NCBI GenBank assembly: GCA_964016885.1
Contig: OZ024751.1
Location: 24,614,001-24,678,000 of the forward strand
Reading direction: 5' to 3'
Source: Eledone cirrhosa
Taxonomy: Eukaryota
DNA length: 64,000 bases
The position numbers were made by a program, and so were the translations under genes. The stretch's first letter is position 1. Each line of letters begins with the position of its first letter. Below the pieces are notes generated by a model that had not been told where the DNA came from, did no database searches, and saw nothing but the letters and a program-made list of their open reading frames with translations. Shown in pieces: positions 28,062 to 41,324 of the stretch.

Positions 28062-29076
28062 GTAATATACACAGTAATAGAGAAGACCCGCCTTACCTAA
28101 GTACAAAGTGAAACCTACTACAGTCAGTAGGCACCTCTAACAAAATACACCCCCGTCCCACTACCCACACCCCATCCACACCACCCCTTTCAATGTAAAG
28201 TTATGTTGGTGTCACAACATCCAGCCCGAAACAAATGAGGTCGTGTAGGTGTCACGACAAAAAAACACACAGTCCACGCTGTAAATGTGGCCATGTAGGT
28301 AACACGGTAAAAACCTCCCAGTTCCACACTGTAAATGTGGTTGGTGTTAGGAAGGGCATCCAGCTGTAGAAAACCCGCCAGACAGTCCTATGCGGGCAAG
28401 ACAACCACTCTTGCCTCAAGTGGGAAAACTCCCGTCCAGACCCATGCAAGCGTGGAATATGGACGTTAAATGATGATGATGATGATGATGATATATACAT
28501 GCACACACACATATATATATATATATATATCATCATCATCATCATCATTTAACGTCCATCTTCCATGCTAGCATGGGTTAGACGATTGTGTTACATTTGA
28601 TGCGGGAATAGTTGGGAGACCGTGTCTCGCTCGTACGGAAGCGTCTCTGGCAGGTTTTTTTACAGCTGGATGCCCTTCCTAACACCAATCACATTTACAG
28701 TGTGGACTGGGAGCCTTTTCACCATGTCTCCTACACGGCCACCTTACAGTGTGTGGACTGTTGTGTCATCGACACAGTGGACGGGATGGGAAAGGGAGGA
28801 TGGGGTTTGTTTTGTAAGATTTCTTATCTGAAAACGTGTGTTGAAACAGATATTGTTATTGGGAGGGTCATGCTGCCAATAAAAACATATGCCTCTGTTG
28901 ATTTTCACTTCAATTTATTATAAATTTCTGGTTGGTTGGTTGGTTGGTTGGTTGGTTGGTTCGATAACTGGAAGGTTGTTTATATATTGTCAAAGCTCTT
29001 TCATCACACATTCTATGACCTCCTCAGTGACTGGGTTTTTATTTTGTGTCTTTGTTCTGTCCAACATCATCTTGCT

Positions 29077-29166
<90 letters not shown>

Positions 29167-29467
29167 TGTGTGTGTATCTGTGTGTGTGAGAGAGTGAGAG
29201 AGAGATTCTCTGATTCTTAACATTGGAAAGAAAATGAACAAACCCACAGGTACTCAGAAACTAAAACCTTTCAGATAATAGTTCTACCCTGAGTTACAAC
29301 AACTCCTTTCTCACTGTAATTGTTCCATTGGAAACATGTAACCAATGACAACTATTGTTACACCTTACTCTTTCATATTAAGAAAGTACACATTGGATAA
29401 TGTAGTCCAAGGTAGCCAATGACCAAAGCTGATCATCCAATCATGAACCCACAACAGATTGTAAAAT

Positions 29468-30495
29468 CTTGGTCACTCTAAATCCATCCTTTCGAGGTCA
29501 ATAAAATAAAGGACCAGTCCAGGATGTTTTTGGTCACTCTAAACCCATCCTTTTGGGGTCAATAAAGCACCAATCCGGGGTCTTCTTGGTCACTCTCAAT
29601 AAATCCTTTCGGGGTTACTAAAATAAAGGACCAATCCGGGGTCTTCTTGGTCACTCTCAATAAATCCTTTCGGGGTTACTAAAATAAAGGACCAATCCGG
29701 GGTCTTCTTGGTCACTCTAAATAAATCCTTTCGGGGTTACTAAAATAAAGGACCAATCCAGGGTCTTCTTGGTCACTCTCAATAAATCCTTTCGGGGTTA
29801 CTAAAATAAAGGACCAATCCGGGGTCTTCTTGGTCACTCTAAATAAATCCTTTCGGGGTTACTAAAATAAAGGACCAATCCAGGGTCTTCTTGGTCACTC
29901 TAAATAAATCCTTTTGGGGTTACTAAAATAAAGGACCAATCCAGGGTCTTCTTGGTCACTGTAAATAAATCCTTTTGGGGTTACTAAAATAAAGGACCAA
30001 TCCAGGGTCTTCTTGGTCACTCTAAATAAATCCTTTCGGGGTTACTAAAATAAAGGACCAATCCAGGGTCTTCTTGGTCACTGTAAATAAATCCTTTTGG
30101 GGTTACTAAAATAAAGGACCAATCCAGGGTCTTCTTGGTCACTGTAAATAAATCCTTTTGGGGTTACTAAAATAAAGGACCAATCCAGGGTCTTCTTGGT
30201 CACTCTAAATAAATCCTTTCGGGGTTACTAAAATAAAGGACCAATCCAGGGTCTTCTTGGTCACTGTAAATAAATCCTTTTGGGGTTACTAAAATAAAGG
30301 ACCAATCCAGGGTCTTCTTGGTCACTCTAAATAAATCCTTTCGGGGTTACTAAAATAAAGGACCAATCCAGGGTCTTCTTGGTCACTGTAAATAAATCCT
30401 TTTGGGGTTACTAAAATAAAGGACCAATCCAGGGTCTTCTTGGTCACTCTAAATAAATCCTTTCGGGGTTACTAAAATAAAGGACCAATCCAGGG
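29468..30495. repeat. 61-bp minisatellite, ~17 copies, SINE-derived
   Basis: ggtcactctaaataaatcctttcggggttactaaaataaaggaccaatccagggtcttctt. Confidence 0.95.
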
Positions 30496-30990
30496 TGGTG
30501 GACTGGTGGAATTGTTAAATGTCTAATGGTCATTTCAGTGATGTTAGATCTTTGTGTTCTGAGTTCAAATCCTGCCGTGGCCAGAGAGTCTTGTACAGTA
30601 GCCACAGGATGACCAATGACCAATACCTTGGGACTGAAATATGTTAGATGGAAACTACAGAAGTCTATCCTATGTGTGTGACTGTCAGTGTGTATGTATG
30701 TGTGTGAGAGAGTGTGCATGAGAATGTGTGTGTAGGAGTGTGTAGGAGTGAGTGTGAGTGTGACAGAGAGTGTAGGAGTGTGTATGTGAGTGTGTGTATT
30801 AGTGTGTGAGTGTATGTGAGTGAGAGTGTGTGAGTGTGTGTGAGTATGTGTGTTAGTGTATGAGTGTATGTGAGTGAGAGAGAGAGAGAGATTGTATGCA
30901 TGTGTATGTATGTGTGAGAGAGTGTGTGAGTGTGTGAGAGTATGTGAGTGAGAGAGTGTGTGTCTGTTAGAGAGAGAGGGAGAGATTGTA

Positions 30991-31032
<42 letters not shown>

Positions 31033-33019
31033 AGTGTGTGAGTGTGTGAGAGTATGTGAGTGAGAGAGTGTGTGTCTGTTAGAGAGAGAGGGAGATATTG
31101 TATGCATGTGTGTGTGTGTGTGTGTATACATGTGTGTGTGTGTGTACGTCTGTGTATACATGTGTATGTGTGTGCATGTGTGAATGCCCTGTCCCTTAGC
31201 AGTTCAATAAAAAAAAGAGATTAATAAAATAAATATTGAGGTTGATTTGATTCACTAAACCCCTTCAAGGTGGTGTCCTAGCATACCTCCCCCCTTCAAG
31301 GTGGTGTCCTAGCATACCTCCCCCTTCAAAATGGTGTCCTAGCATACCTCCCCCCTTTCATAGTCTAATGACAGAAACCCTGGTAAAATAGATCAAAGAA
31401 AAAAATCAGATAAATCTCAGACCAAAGAATAAGTCCCCCCTCCTCCTGCACTAGTGCCTCCCCTGAGCCACCATCTGCCCACACCCTGCAGCCTCCCCTT
31501 ACACCATTGCCTCCCTTACGCCACCCCACCACCTCTACCATCACCTCCCCTCTACACCACTGCCCCCTCCTGGGTAATGACCTTCAGGCTAAACCCCCCC
31601 CCCTCAATGAAACATTAGCTCAACAGCTGTCTCCTCCTCACCACCATCACCACTACCATCATTATCATCAATACCACCACCACCACCATCATCACTGTCA
31701 CCACCACCACCACCACCACCACTGTCACCACCACCACCATCGATAACACCACCACCACCACCATCACTGTCACCACCACCACCACCATCACTGTCACCAC
31801 CACCACCACCACCATCACTGTCACCACCACCACCACCATCACTGTCACCACCACCACCACCACCATCACTGTCACCACCACCACCACCATCACTGTCACC
31901 ACCACCACCACCATCACTGTCACCACCACCACCACCACCATCGATAACACCACCAACATCACTGCCTTTTTAAGTGCACTTTAAAGTAGCACCATATGTA
32001 CCAGCAGGGAAATGCATGGTGCCCCCCCCCCCCCAGCTACAGATGGCTCAGTGAAGTGGCACACACATACTGACATTCACACACACACACACACACATAC
32101 TGACATTCACACACACACACACACACATACATACTGACATTCACACGCACTCACACACACACACACACACACATACATACTGACATTCACACACACACAC
32201 ACATACATACTGACATTCACACACACACACACACATACATACTGACATTTACACATACACACACACACACACATACATACTGACATTCACACACACACAC
32301 ATACATACTGACATTCACACACACACACACACACATACATACTGACATTCACACACACACATATACATACTGACATTCACACACACACACACACATACAT
32401 ACTGACATTCACACACACACACACACATACATACTGACATTCACACACGCACACATACATACACACATTCACACACACACATACATACTGACATTCACAC
32501 ACATACACACACTCATTCACATACACACACACACACATAGACAACACACACACACACGGACGAAGACAGACACAGACACACATAAATATATCTACACATG
32601 CAAACACTCACTCACACGCAGACACTTACACATACACAAACACACACACTTTAACACATACACAGTCACACAAAGACACACAAACACTCACACACACAGA
32701 CATAAACACAATCACACACACACACACACACAGACACACACAATCACTCACACACACACACACACACACACAGACATAAACACACACATACACACACACA
32801 CTCACACACAGAGACACATACATACACACATACACAGACACATACATGTAGCAGAGGGAGGAAAAGAGACAGAGAGGTGAAAAGAAAGAGAAGAGAAAGG
32901 AGAGGGAGAAGGTGAACGAGAGGAGGGTGGGGTGGGGCTATATTAACAGTTTTGTTGTTTTTGTTTTTGTAATAATCAATATATAAAGGAAATAGCAGAT
33001 CTGATGCATGAGTCATAAC

Positions 33020-33640
33020 TGGTGGGTGGTGGGTGGAGTAGAGAGAGCATGGTGGTAGCTGTGGTGGTGGTGGATAGAGTAGAGAGAGCATGGTGGTAGC
33101 TGTGGTGGTGGTGGGTGGAGTAGAGAGAGGGTGGTGGTAGCTGTGGTGGTGGTGGATAGAGTAGAGAGAGCATGGTGGTAGCTGTGGTGGTGGTGGTGGA
33201 TAGAGTAGAGAGAGCATGGTGGTAGCTGTGGTGGTGGTGGATAGAGTAGAGAGAGCATGGTGGTAGCTGTGGTGGTGGTGGGTGGAGTAGAGAGAGGGTG
33301 GTGGTAGCTGTGGTGGTGGTGGATAGAGTAGAGAGAGCGTGGAGGTAGCTGTGGTGGTGGTGGTGGTGGATAGAGTAGAGAGAGCATGGTGGTAGCTGTG
33401 GTGGTGGTGGGTGGATAGAGTAGAGAGAGCATGGTGGTAGCTGTGGTGGGTGGAGTAGAGAGGGTGGTGGTGGCTGTGGTGGTGGTGGTGGGTGGTAGCT
33501 CTGGTGGGTGGAGTAGAGAGGGTGGCGGTGGTGGATTAGAGAGGGGGGTAGAGTAGAGAGAAGGTGTTGGTAGCAGTGGTGATGGGTGGAGTAGAGAAAG
33601 GGTGGTGGTGGAGTAGAGAAAGGGTGGTAGTAGTGGTGGA
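33020..33640. repeat. ~40-bp G-rich minisatellite
   Basis: gagtagagagagcatggtggtagctgtggtggtggtgg. Confidence 0.9.
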
Positions 33641-34004
33641 GGTGGAGGTGATAGTGGTGGTTGTAGTGGTTGTGGTGAAGGTGGTGGCAGTGGTGGTGAT
33701 GGTGGTAGTGGTGGTAGTGATGGCGGTGGTGTTGCTACTGCTGGTGGTGGTTGTGATGGTTGGAAAGGAAGGTGCAAGGTGCAACAAAAGAGAGAGAGAG
33801 ACTAAGAGAGAAAGTGAGAGTGAATGAACAAGTGAGAGAGAGAAAGAGAGAGAGAGGGGGATATGGGGAGAGAAAGAAAGAGAGGGAGAGTGAGAGAGAG
33901 GCTGCAGGTTTGTTTGAAGTGAAATTGGACTTCAAACATGGCCAATGTTATACCCCCTTCACCTCTACACCCTCACTTTCATTTACTGCTACTTTTGACA
34001 TGTC

Positions 34005-34060
<56 letters not shown>

Positions 34061-34199
34061 GCACTCAAACCTTTGTCAGCACACACATATATATGTATAT
34101 ATAACACATATAAACTTAAACATTCACATCATGAATTATATAATATGTAATACATATATATGCGTGTGTTTGCATATATATATATATATATATATACAT

Positions 34200-34797
34200 A
34201 CATACCCCCAATAAAATGCAGGCATAACAGACCAGATATAATGATTTGGGACAGGGAAATGAAGGCATGCACAGTAGTGGAGGTTAGCTGCCCAGCAGAT
34301 GCCAATATAATATCAAAGATTAGCGAAAAGGAGAATATCTATGCAGAACTAATGAGAAATCTGCAGATACTCCACACTGACTATACCTTCCGATTTATAC
34401 CAGTAATTATTGGGGCACTGGGAGATGTTTGTAACTGCCTCGGTACAAATCTTGAGAAACTGGGCTTCACAGAAAGAACACGACTAGTTAGGAAATTACA
34501 AGCACAATCCATTAATGGAACAGTAAAAATATGTAAAACATTCCAAAAATTCTGCATACACTCTTGTACAAGTACAAAGCGTATGCACATGCACACATAC
34601 AACTCAAAACATAAACATCCACACATACAATAACATCCATACCTGCAAACACATGCATGCATGCAGACATACATACATATCTACCTAGTTGATGTTGTGT
34701 AAATTCTAATGAGAGAGTCTTGTAACTATGTTAGAAACCGACTCTCTCTCTATTGGCAAAAATTTGTGAAATTATAAAACCAGAAGAACATACATAC
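34200..34797 (+). mobile_element. RLE-bearing non-LTR retrotransposon 3' fragment (R4/Dong/NeSL-like)
   Basis: HNRPDIMIWD...VVEVSCP...KENIYAEL...IPVIIGALG restriction-like endonuclease; catacata at both ends. Confidence 0.85.
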
Positions 34798-35545
34798 AAT
34801 TATATAAAACACACACATACCCATAAATAATAAATCAATAGAGACAGAGAGGCAGACAGTCAGACAGACAAGCAGGCAGTCAGACAGACAAGCAGGTAGT
34901 CAGACAGATAGACACACAGAGTCAGACAAGTTGAAAATGAAACAGAATCTACATATTATATATAAGTGTTGTATCTGTAGCCTTTAATAAAGACGAAACC
35001 TGCGGAAGACAGCACTTCAAATTGATAGTGGAAGTACACACGTATTACATGTATTGTATGTGCATTATATAACTGCCAGGGGTCCCAGAAACCTATTTGA
35101 GATTTTATCGATTATATTGATTTAAATCAATCAGAGATGGATCAGGTACGTTAAATCTTTCTGTATCTATCGTAATTATGTTATATGGTTAGCTGGTGCC
35201 TTTGGTCGGTTTTCTTGGTGTCACACTTTATAACTGTTGTGTTAAGTCTGGACTTAATGTTTGTTTTCAACGTTCAGTCCATTGAGTGCTTTGTGATTGC
35301 CTCAAGCAAATCGAATGGTACTTGCTGTACAACAGCTAATTTTCGATTTACAACTATTATATGATGATGATGATGATGATGATGATGATATAAATATGAC
35401 GGTAGATAAGGTTTTGTTCATGTATATCAGGAATGAATGTTTAAACTGTATTTCATGCTATTTTTAACTTATTTACATTTTCTTAAACGAAAATCTCATT
35501 ACTGAATTCTACCTCGTATGGAATAGTTGAATTCCACTACTATAG

Positions 35546-35657
35546 GCTTTCTGATGAAGTGTAATAAATAATTAAGTATTGCATATGATTGAACAATATA
35601 TATTGTAGTCAGCATATGTAGACAATTTATAAGAGATACAGAAACATATGTGAAAGC
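35546..35657 (+). ncRNA. Hammerhead-like motif, enlarged stem II, GUG triplet (probably inactive)
   Basis: GCTTT-CTGATGA-(83 nt)-GAAA-CATATG-TG-AAAGC-a-AATAAA. Confidence 0.6.
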
Positions 35658-35740
35658 AAATAAATTCATAATCTCTTCACGCCAACGTTTATTTTTCTTG
35701 GTGCAATGCTTGCTTATGTATATATATATATATATATATA

Positions 35741-36150
35741 GTTAAAAGAATAGAGGTGTAACACACAAGTTATTATATATTGGTAAACGGAATAGAAAAT
35801 GCTGACAAATTGTTCACAGTTGAAAAATGGTTTAATTAGGAATAAAAGAGTATTAGTGATTGTATGGGTTAGTATTCAGTTGTGGTTTTAAGTTTTTAAG
35901 TTTTTACCGGTTGCGCATTTCTAAATGCTTTTCAAAAATAATTTTGAGATAGAGTGTCGTGCTGTTTGCTCTGATCAGAGCAAACAGCACGGACACTCTA
36001 TGAAATGCGCAACCGGTAAAAACTTAAAAACTTAAAACCACAACTGAATACTAACCCATACAATCACTAATACTCTTTTATTCCTAATTAAACCATTTTT
36101 CAACTGTGAACAATTTGTCAGCATTTTCTATTCCGTTTACCAATATATAT
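35741..36150. mobile_element. (TA)n-flanked palindromic insertion with nested central palindrome
   Basis: Arms ~35774-35921 and 36002-36150; second hairpin at 35949-36001; GAAA-TGCGCA motif in both arms. Confidence 0.7.
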
Positions 36151-36241
36151 ATATATAAGTTTATCCTGGGTTCAATCGGGGGTAACCACAGTAAGTAAGG
36201 TACTCAATACATAGCAGAGTATAAATATTTAATATAGAAAG

Positions 36242-36292
36242 GGCTTCTACAGGACTAGAACTGTTTCATTCGGGAGAAATCATCAGGAAGCC
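36242..36292 (-). ncRNA. Type-I hammerhead ribozyme motif
   Basis: GGCTTC-CTGATGA-tttctcccgaat-GAAA-CAG ttctagtc CTG-TA^-GAAGCC; perfect 6-bp stem I and 3-bp stem III. Confidence 0.85.
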
Positions 36293-36799
36293 GACTGTCC
36301 AAGTAAAATGGTGGTATTTATATCTTTTCTGGTGGTAGGAGTGGGTGGTGATTGGGATGGGTGGAGGTCATTGGTTGATAGGTTTAAAGAAAAGGGAATT
36401 CTTTAAAAACTGTATTTAGAGAGTAACAAAGGTAGAAAGAATTCTATAGACAAGTTCACCCTGGGGTGCCACTCCTGATTTTTAAGGTTCACTTAAGCTA
36501 ACAATGACTAGGGTCAGGTGTCTACAAAAACACTCACACACACACACATATATAAGCCTTCACTCCTACTCACTCGCACAAACACACACTCTTATACTTA
36601 TATACACAAATACATACATATATATACACACACACAATATATATATATATATAATGCGAAGAAATACCTATGATGGCTAGTAGATCACTGATGATGGATA
36701 GTCCTGGCTTCTCTTTCTAATTTTTACTTCATATGTATCACATTCACAACAACACAGCACGCCATTTTTCATTCATATATATAAATATACATATATATA

Positions 36800-37292
36800 T
36801 AAAAGTGAAAAATAACATGGTCAACAGTACAGATAAGGAGATTTATTTACAGTCTAACAATTGTTTCCATGATAGAGTTGTCTATAAATTGCTAAACACT
36901 GAAGACAGCATAATTCAATTTAAAACACATATAACTACAATCATTTCATCAGAAACTGATAAGAAATACAAAATACATGCGTAATGGTAAACTTTAAAAT
37001 ATGTATTTTAAATTGAATTATGCTGTCTTCAGTGTTTAGCAATTTATAGACAACTCTATCATGGAAACACTTGTTAGACTGTAAATAAATCTCCTTATCT
37101 GTACTGTTGACCATGTTATTCTTTGCTTTTTTATTACTCCAAGATATATTTACATAGGAATACAAGTGAAGTCATAAACTCGTCACCCACGTAAACCTCT
37201 TGTTGAGTCACATAGCACCATATGCTTAAACTGTCCATGATAAGTAGTTTTACTCTTATCGGATTACCTTTAATGATTTATTGTTATCCTAC
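36800..37292. mobile_element. (TA)n-flanked palindromic PLE-end insertion
   Basis: Arms ~36800-36931 and 37000-37130. The right arm extends to (TA)n. Confidence 0.75.
36850..36958 (-). ncRNA. Hammerhead motif with enlarged stem II
   Basis: CAGTTT-CTGATGA-a-atga...(~78 nt in total)...tcat-g-GAAA-CAATTG-TT^-AGACTG-ta-AATAAA. Confidence 0.65.
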
Positions 37293-37565
37293 ATATATAT
37301 ATATATATATGTAGGAGGTGAGTTTTATTGAGAACGCAGATATCATCCCATGATGATATTTGTTTTTGAAATGCGCATAATAAAATACTTGGAACTCTTT
37401 TAACCATCTTTTGATCTTATATTATATACAGTATATATATATATATTACTAGAACTTAATAAGAAAACAGATCCAGATATTCATATGTATGCTGGCATCA
37501 CATATGGTAATACATGACCAGCAACATATCCCCGTGATTGCATAACTACACCTATGATTGTATGA

Positions 37566-37616
37566 GCATCTGATGAAGTCACATGCATAACCATGTAACA
37601 GAAATATATATCATGC
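37566..37616 (+). ncRNA. Minimal hammerhead ribozyme motif
   Basis: GCAT-CTGATGA-a-gtcacatg/catgtaac-a-GAAA-TATATA-TC^-ATGC-AATAAA. Confidence 0.8.
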
Positions 37617-37658
37617 AATAAAGCAATTATGTTGAAGTAATCCCGTTTTAACTACTCT

Positions 37659-37698
<40 letters not shown>

Positions 37699-37767
37699 CA
37701 AATGTATTATATATATATAATGTATACAGAAATACATATATATATATATAGATAGATAGATAGATAC

Positions 37768-38198
37768 ATTTCTTTATTAGCCACAAGGGCACAAAAGAAG
37801 GGGACAAATACAAATGGGGAGTTTACATACAGGTATATGAAAATAAAACTATTAATAAAATAACAAATAACAATTGATATTCCCAATAGGGGGGAGGTGT
37901 TACACAGGGGTTGTACACACCCCGAAAAAATGTACAACCCTCATCTCCAGGAGCACCAAGAGTGAGTACTCCTTTCCTCTATTCCTCTTTTTCCTCAACC
38001 TACAGGCTTATATAGAGAGAAGGCCCAACCACTCGGGCCATCTTTGCCACATTCACCCACCTTTTATAAAACTTGCTGGGGTACAGCACCTCTCTCTCCA
38101 TCCTGATTCTTCTTCCAAAATGATATTTGAAAAAACGAATCAGTTGCTCGCCGGAGAGAAAGGTGTCTGACCTCAGCCCTTTTAACCTCGTCCACCAT
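37768..38198 (-). mobile_element. Tx1/L1-like LINE 3' end inside (GATA)n; relatives at 5970-6018 and 48590-49046
   Basis: WWTRLKGL...FFKYHFGRRIRMEREVL...FYKRW; shared 3' terminus tgtggcTAATAAAga. Confidence 0.65.
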
Positions 38199-38245
<47 letters not shown>

Positions 38246-38505
38246 TTCACATATACATATATATGCGTTCTTCCTGTAAAGAAAAAATTAATTTTCCTTT
38301 TCTAACTGTCATTTATCCTATTTCTTTTATTTCTTATTCTCTCTTCCAACAAGCGACTAACGTCCAAAATATTAAGAATATTTTCCTACTATATCAATAG
38401 TGCAGGAATGCATGTAAGCAAGATGCAGACCACGGCCCAACGATGACAACAACAAGAACTGAACCATATATTAACAAGAAGAAGAAGGTTTGCCAGTAAA
38501 CCCAC

Positions 38506-38594
38506 CTGTTGTTCTTTGTACGGCAGTATTCAACAGCATCCATCAACATGGCACACAGTTGTGCAGCTTCCTGTTCCTCTCCAAACTGTTGTCG
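38506..38594 (-). CDS. Internal exon of unidentified minus-strand gene (RQQFGEEQEAAQLCAMLMDAVEYCRTKNN, phase 0-2)
   Basis: Unique sequence with acceptor catgtttttcag| and donor AG|GTGGGT. The frame is open, and the phase-2 end fits exon 26680-26733. Confidence 0.7.
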
Positions 38595-38648
38595 CTGAAA
38601 AACATGTTTGACACACTTTAATTTATATATACATATATATAAATTCAT

Positions 38649-38782
38649 ATGTATATTTTCTGAGGAATTGTTGAGTTGTGAAGTCTGAAGTATTGCAGAA
38701 AATGATTGGAAATATCAATATTTCTTAATAACCCCATAGACTATGAGGTAACTCAATAATGAAATATCTGTTAACATGTATA
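38649..38782 (+). ncRNA. Hammerhead-like motif with ~94-nt stem II
   Basis: CTGAGGA-ATTGTTGAGTT...AACTCAATAAT-GAAA-TATCTG-TT-AACATGTATA, which can pair with upstream tgtatatttt. Confidence 0.6.
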
Positions 38783-38841
38783 ATTAAATGATTTTTTCTA
38801 ATCACACCTTGTATATTTTTTCCTTTTTCCTAACATATTTA

Positions 38842-38899
<58 letters not shown>

Positions 38900-38902
<3 letters not shown>

Positions 38903-39365
38903 AATGTTAAGACAGATATTACATAATCGTATTTATTGGATAATACGTATTTCAGTGACACCTGTATGGAGCTGTTATGCAATCAGTACAACAGCAACCC
39001 ACAACCGTATGACATCATCAGATGTCAACACAATTATGTAAAGGAGTTAATATGTCACTGGTAAGCGCTTCCATGTTTATGAAAGTCCAGTGTAGACATA
39101 ATTGTGTTAACATCTGAAGATGTCACACTGGTGCTGGTTGCTGTTGTAATGATTTCATAACAGCTCCATGCTGGTGTCACTGAAATATGTATAATCCAAT
39201 AAATACAATTATGTAACATGTTTTAACATTAATTTCATACCTGGAAACCCCGTTGTGGTGGATAGGTATGACTGACATGGAGTGCTCTTACCTGCTTACA
39301 CCTGTTTATCAATGAGGTGTTGCAACACAAACCTTACAGAGAAGCAACACAGTAATTAGCAACTA
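38900..39365. mobile_element. Older, diverged palindromic PLE-end insertion
   Basis: Imperfect arms ~38903-39040 and 39096-39230, flanked by (TA)n. Confidence 0.7.
39096..39214 (+). ncRNA. Hammerhead-like motif; diverged inverted copy at ~38921-39038 (-)
   Basis: CTGAAGA...GAAA-TATGTA-TA (other arm CTGATGA...GAAA-TACGTA-TT); distal stem I acataattgtgtt/aatacaattatgt. Confidence 0.55.
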
Positions 39366-39379
39366 TATATATATACATA

Positions 39380-39419
<40 letters not shown>

Positions 39420-39420
<1 letters not shown>

Positions 39421-39740
39421 TCATCATTCATCATTATTTCATTTTACGTCCGCTTTTTCCCTGCTTGCATGGGTGGGACGGGAACTGATTCTGGCTTGAT
39501 TTCTACAGGTGGATGCCCTTCCTAACACCAACCTCATTTACAGTGAGTGGTGGGTGCTTTTTTGCCGTGGCACCTGCACGACCACTTTGCAGTGGAATGA
39601 TATGGACCCCAGTCCCTATCATCTCATTTCTACAGCTGAGTAAACTGGAGCAATGTGAAATAAAGTGTCTTGCTCAAGGAAACAACACATCACCCGATCT
39701 GAGAATTGAACTCACAACCTTTTGATTGCAAGGCCAATGC
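39420..39740 (-). mobile_element. tRNA/CORE-like SINE family B with RTE-derived 3' end; copies at 16922-17200(+) and 43718-43897(+); related 3' parts at 28232-28492(+), 28530-28760(-), 39945-40160(-)
   Basis: ccttgagcaagacactttatttcacattgctccagtttactcagctgtagaaatg CORE-like block. The 3' end cccacccttgcaagcagggaaaagcggacgtaaaatga matches the RTE tail. Confidence 0.85.
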
Positions 39741-41324
39741 GGAACTCCTGATCTCCAAGTGGGCCAGATAGGATCTGGTGCTCTCCAAAGTGCATTCAAT
39801 CATGGCACCTACACCAGGGAGGTTATCATGTCTTTGGCATGACATACCTGAAGAGTTTTCCTGGCCTTTTATTTGACCGGTTTTCTATGGCTGGATGTCA
39901 TTCCCATCACCAACCACCTTATAGAGTGTACTGGGTGGTCGTTTCATCATCACCGTTTTACGTCCGTTCTTCCATGCTAGCATGGGTTAGACGGGTTGTC
40001 CTGTTGTGGGCAGTGTCTGGTCGGCTGACCTTGTCTTGCTCATACAGGAACTGATTTTGGCTTGATTTCTACAGCTGGATGCTCTTCCTAACACCAACCT
40101 CATTTACAGTGTGGGCTGGGTGCTTTTTTTTGCCATGGCACCTCCACGACCACTTTGCCGTAGGAGGGTGTGGGGGCATATTGTCTATATGCTTCAGCTT
40201 GTACCCATGGGAGGTCGGGTACTCTGTATTACTGCGTGACGCCAGAGGTCACGGTCGTGTGTCATCGCCTTTGAGAGGTGTAATTGGGTAAGGTCGTTTA
40301 TTGTGCAAAAAAGAGAAGGAGAGAGTGAGAGGGGAGAGGGTAAAGAGAGGAAGAGAGAGAAGGGAAAGAGAATGAGAGAGTGAGGGGAAAGAGAGGGAGA
40401 GAGAGAACAATAGAGGAAGAATCAACCCTAGTATCGGACTGGTGCTTTATACATTGGTCTAACTAGTGTACAGAATAATATATTAATATAGTAATATAGT
40501 ATCATAAAACACTTTTTATCACTTGGGTAAGAAAAAAAAACAACAAAACATTGCTTTTTAAACCTAGTACTTTCATCCATCACAGGACTAAACATATATA
40601 AATTTGAACAACGTGAGTGTGTGTGTGTTTGTGTGTGCGTGTGTATTTTTGTAAGTGTGTCTGTGTTTGCAAATTTATATTTATATACACATACATATAA
40701 ATGTATGCACATGCACATACACACATGCTCATACATATACACATACGCGTCAAAGTGTTGAAAAAAATTCTAGTGTTTCAAAAAGCAACTTAATAATAAG
40801 AAAGTTTATATTATTAGATAATCATTAAGACTTGATTATTTTCAAAATAGTTTAAAAATCATAAGCAATGTATTTCATTATAAATATGATAAGAGAAGGG
40901 TTAAAATGTTTATATTTATCTAAAATACTTCCATCAAAATTTCATGTAAAAACCATGGTTAAGATAACTTCCAAATAACAACATAATAATGAGAAAGTTA
41001 GTTATATTGCAAAATCCCTCAAAATAGTTGACTATTTTCAAAATTATTGAAAAATAATCAAGTATTTGTCTTAAAATAGAAATATGATGAAAGGGTTAAA
41101 AGGGACAAGACTTATGATTTATTTTACAACAGTGACCGCTGGTCAAGTGCAAGATACTTCATTTTTCCTGATGTTTCCTGAGATCTCTGGTTGAAGTCAA
41201 GATCTCTGGTTACCGAGGTCCGAAAAATGAGAATTTGCCATCACAAAATCCAGACAAATAATTCCTAAATGATCTAGGAGCCCCGTGAGGTATAGTTGTT
41301 GATACAGCAGTTGTCTGTGGGGTA

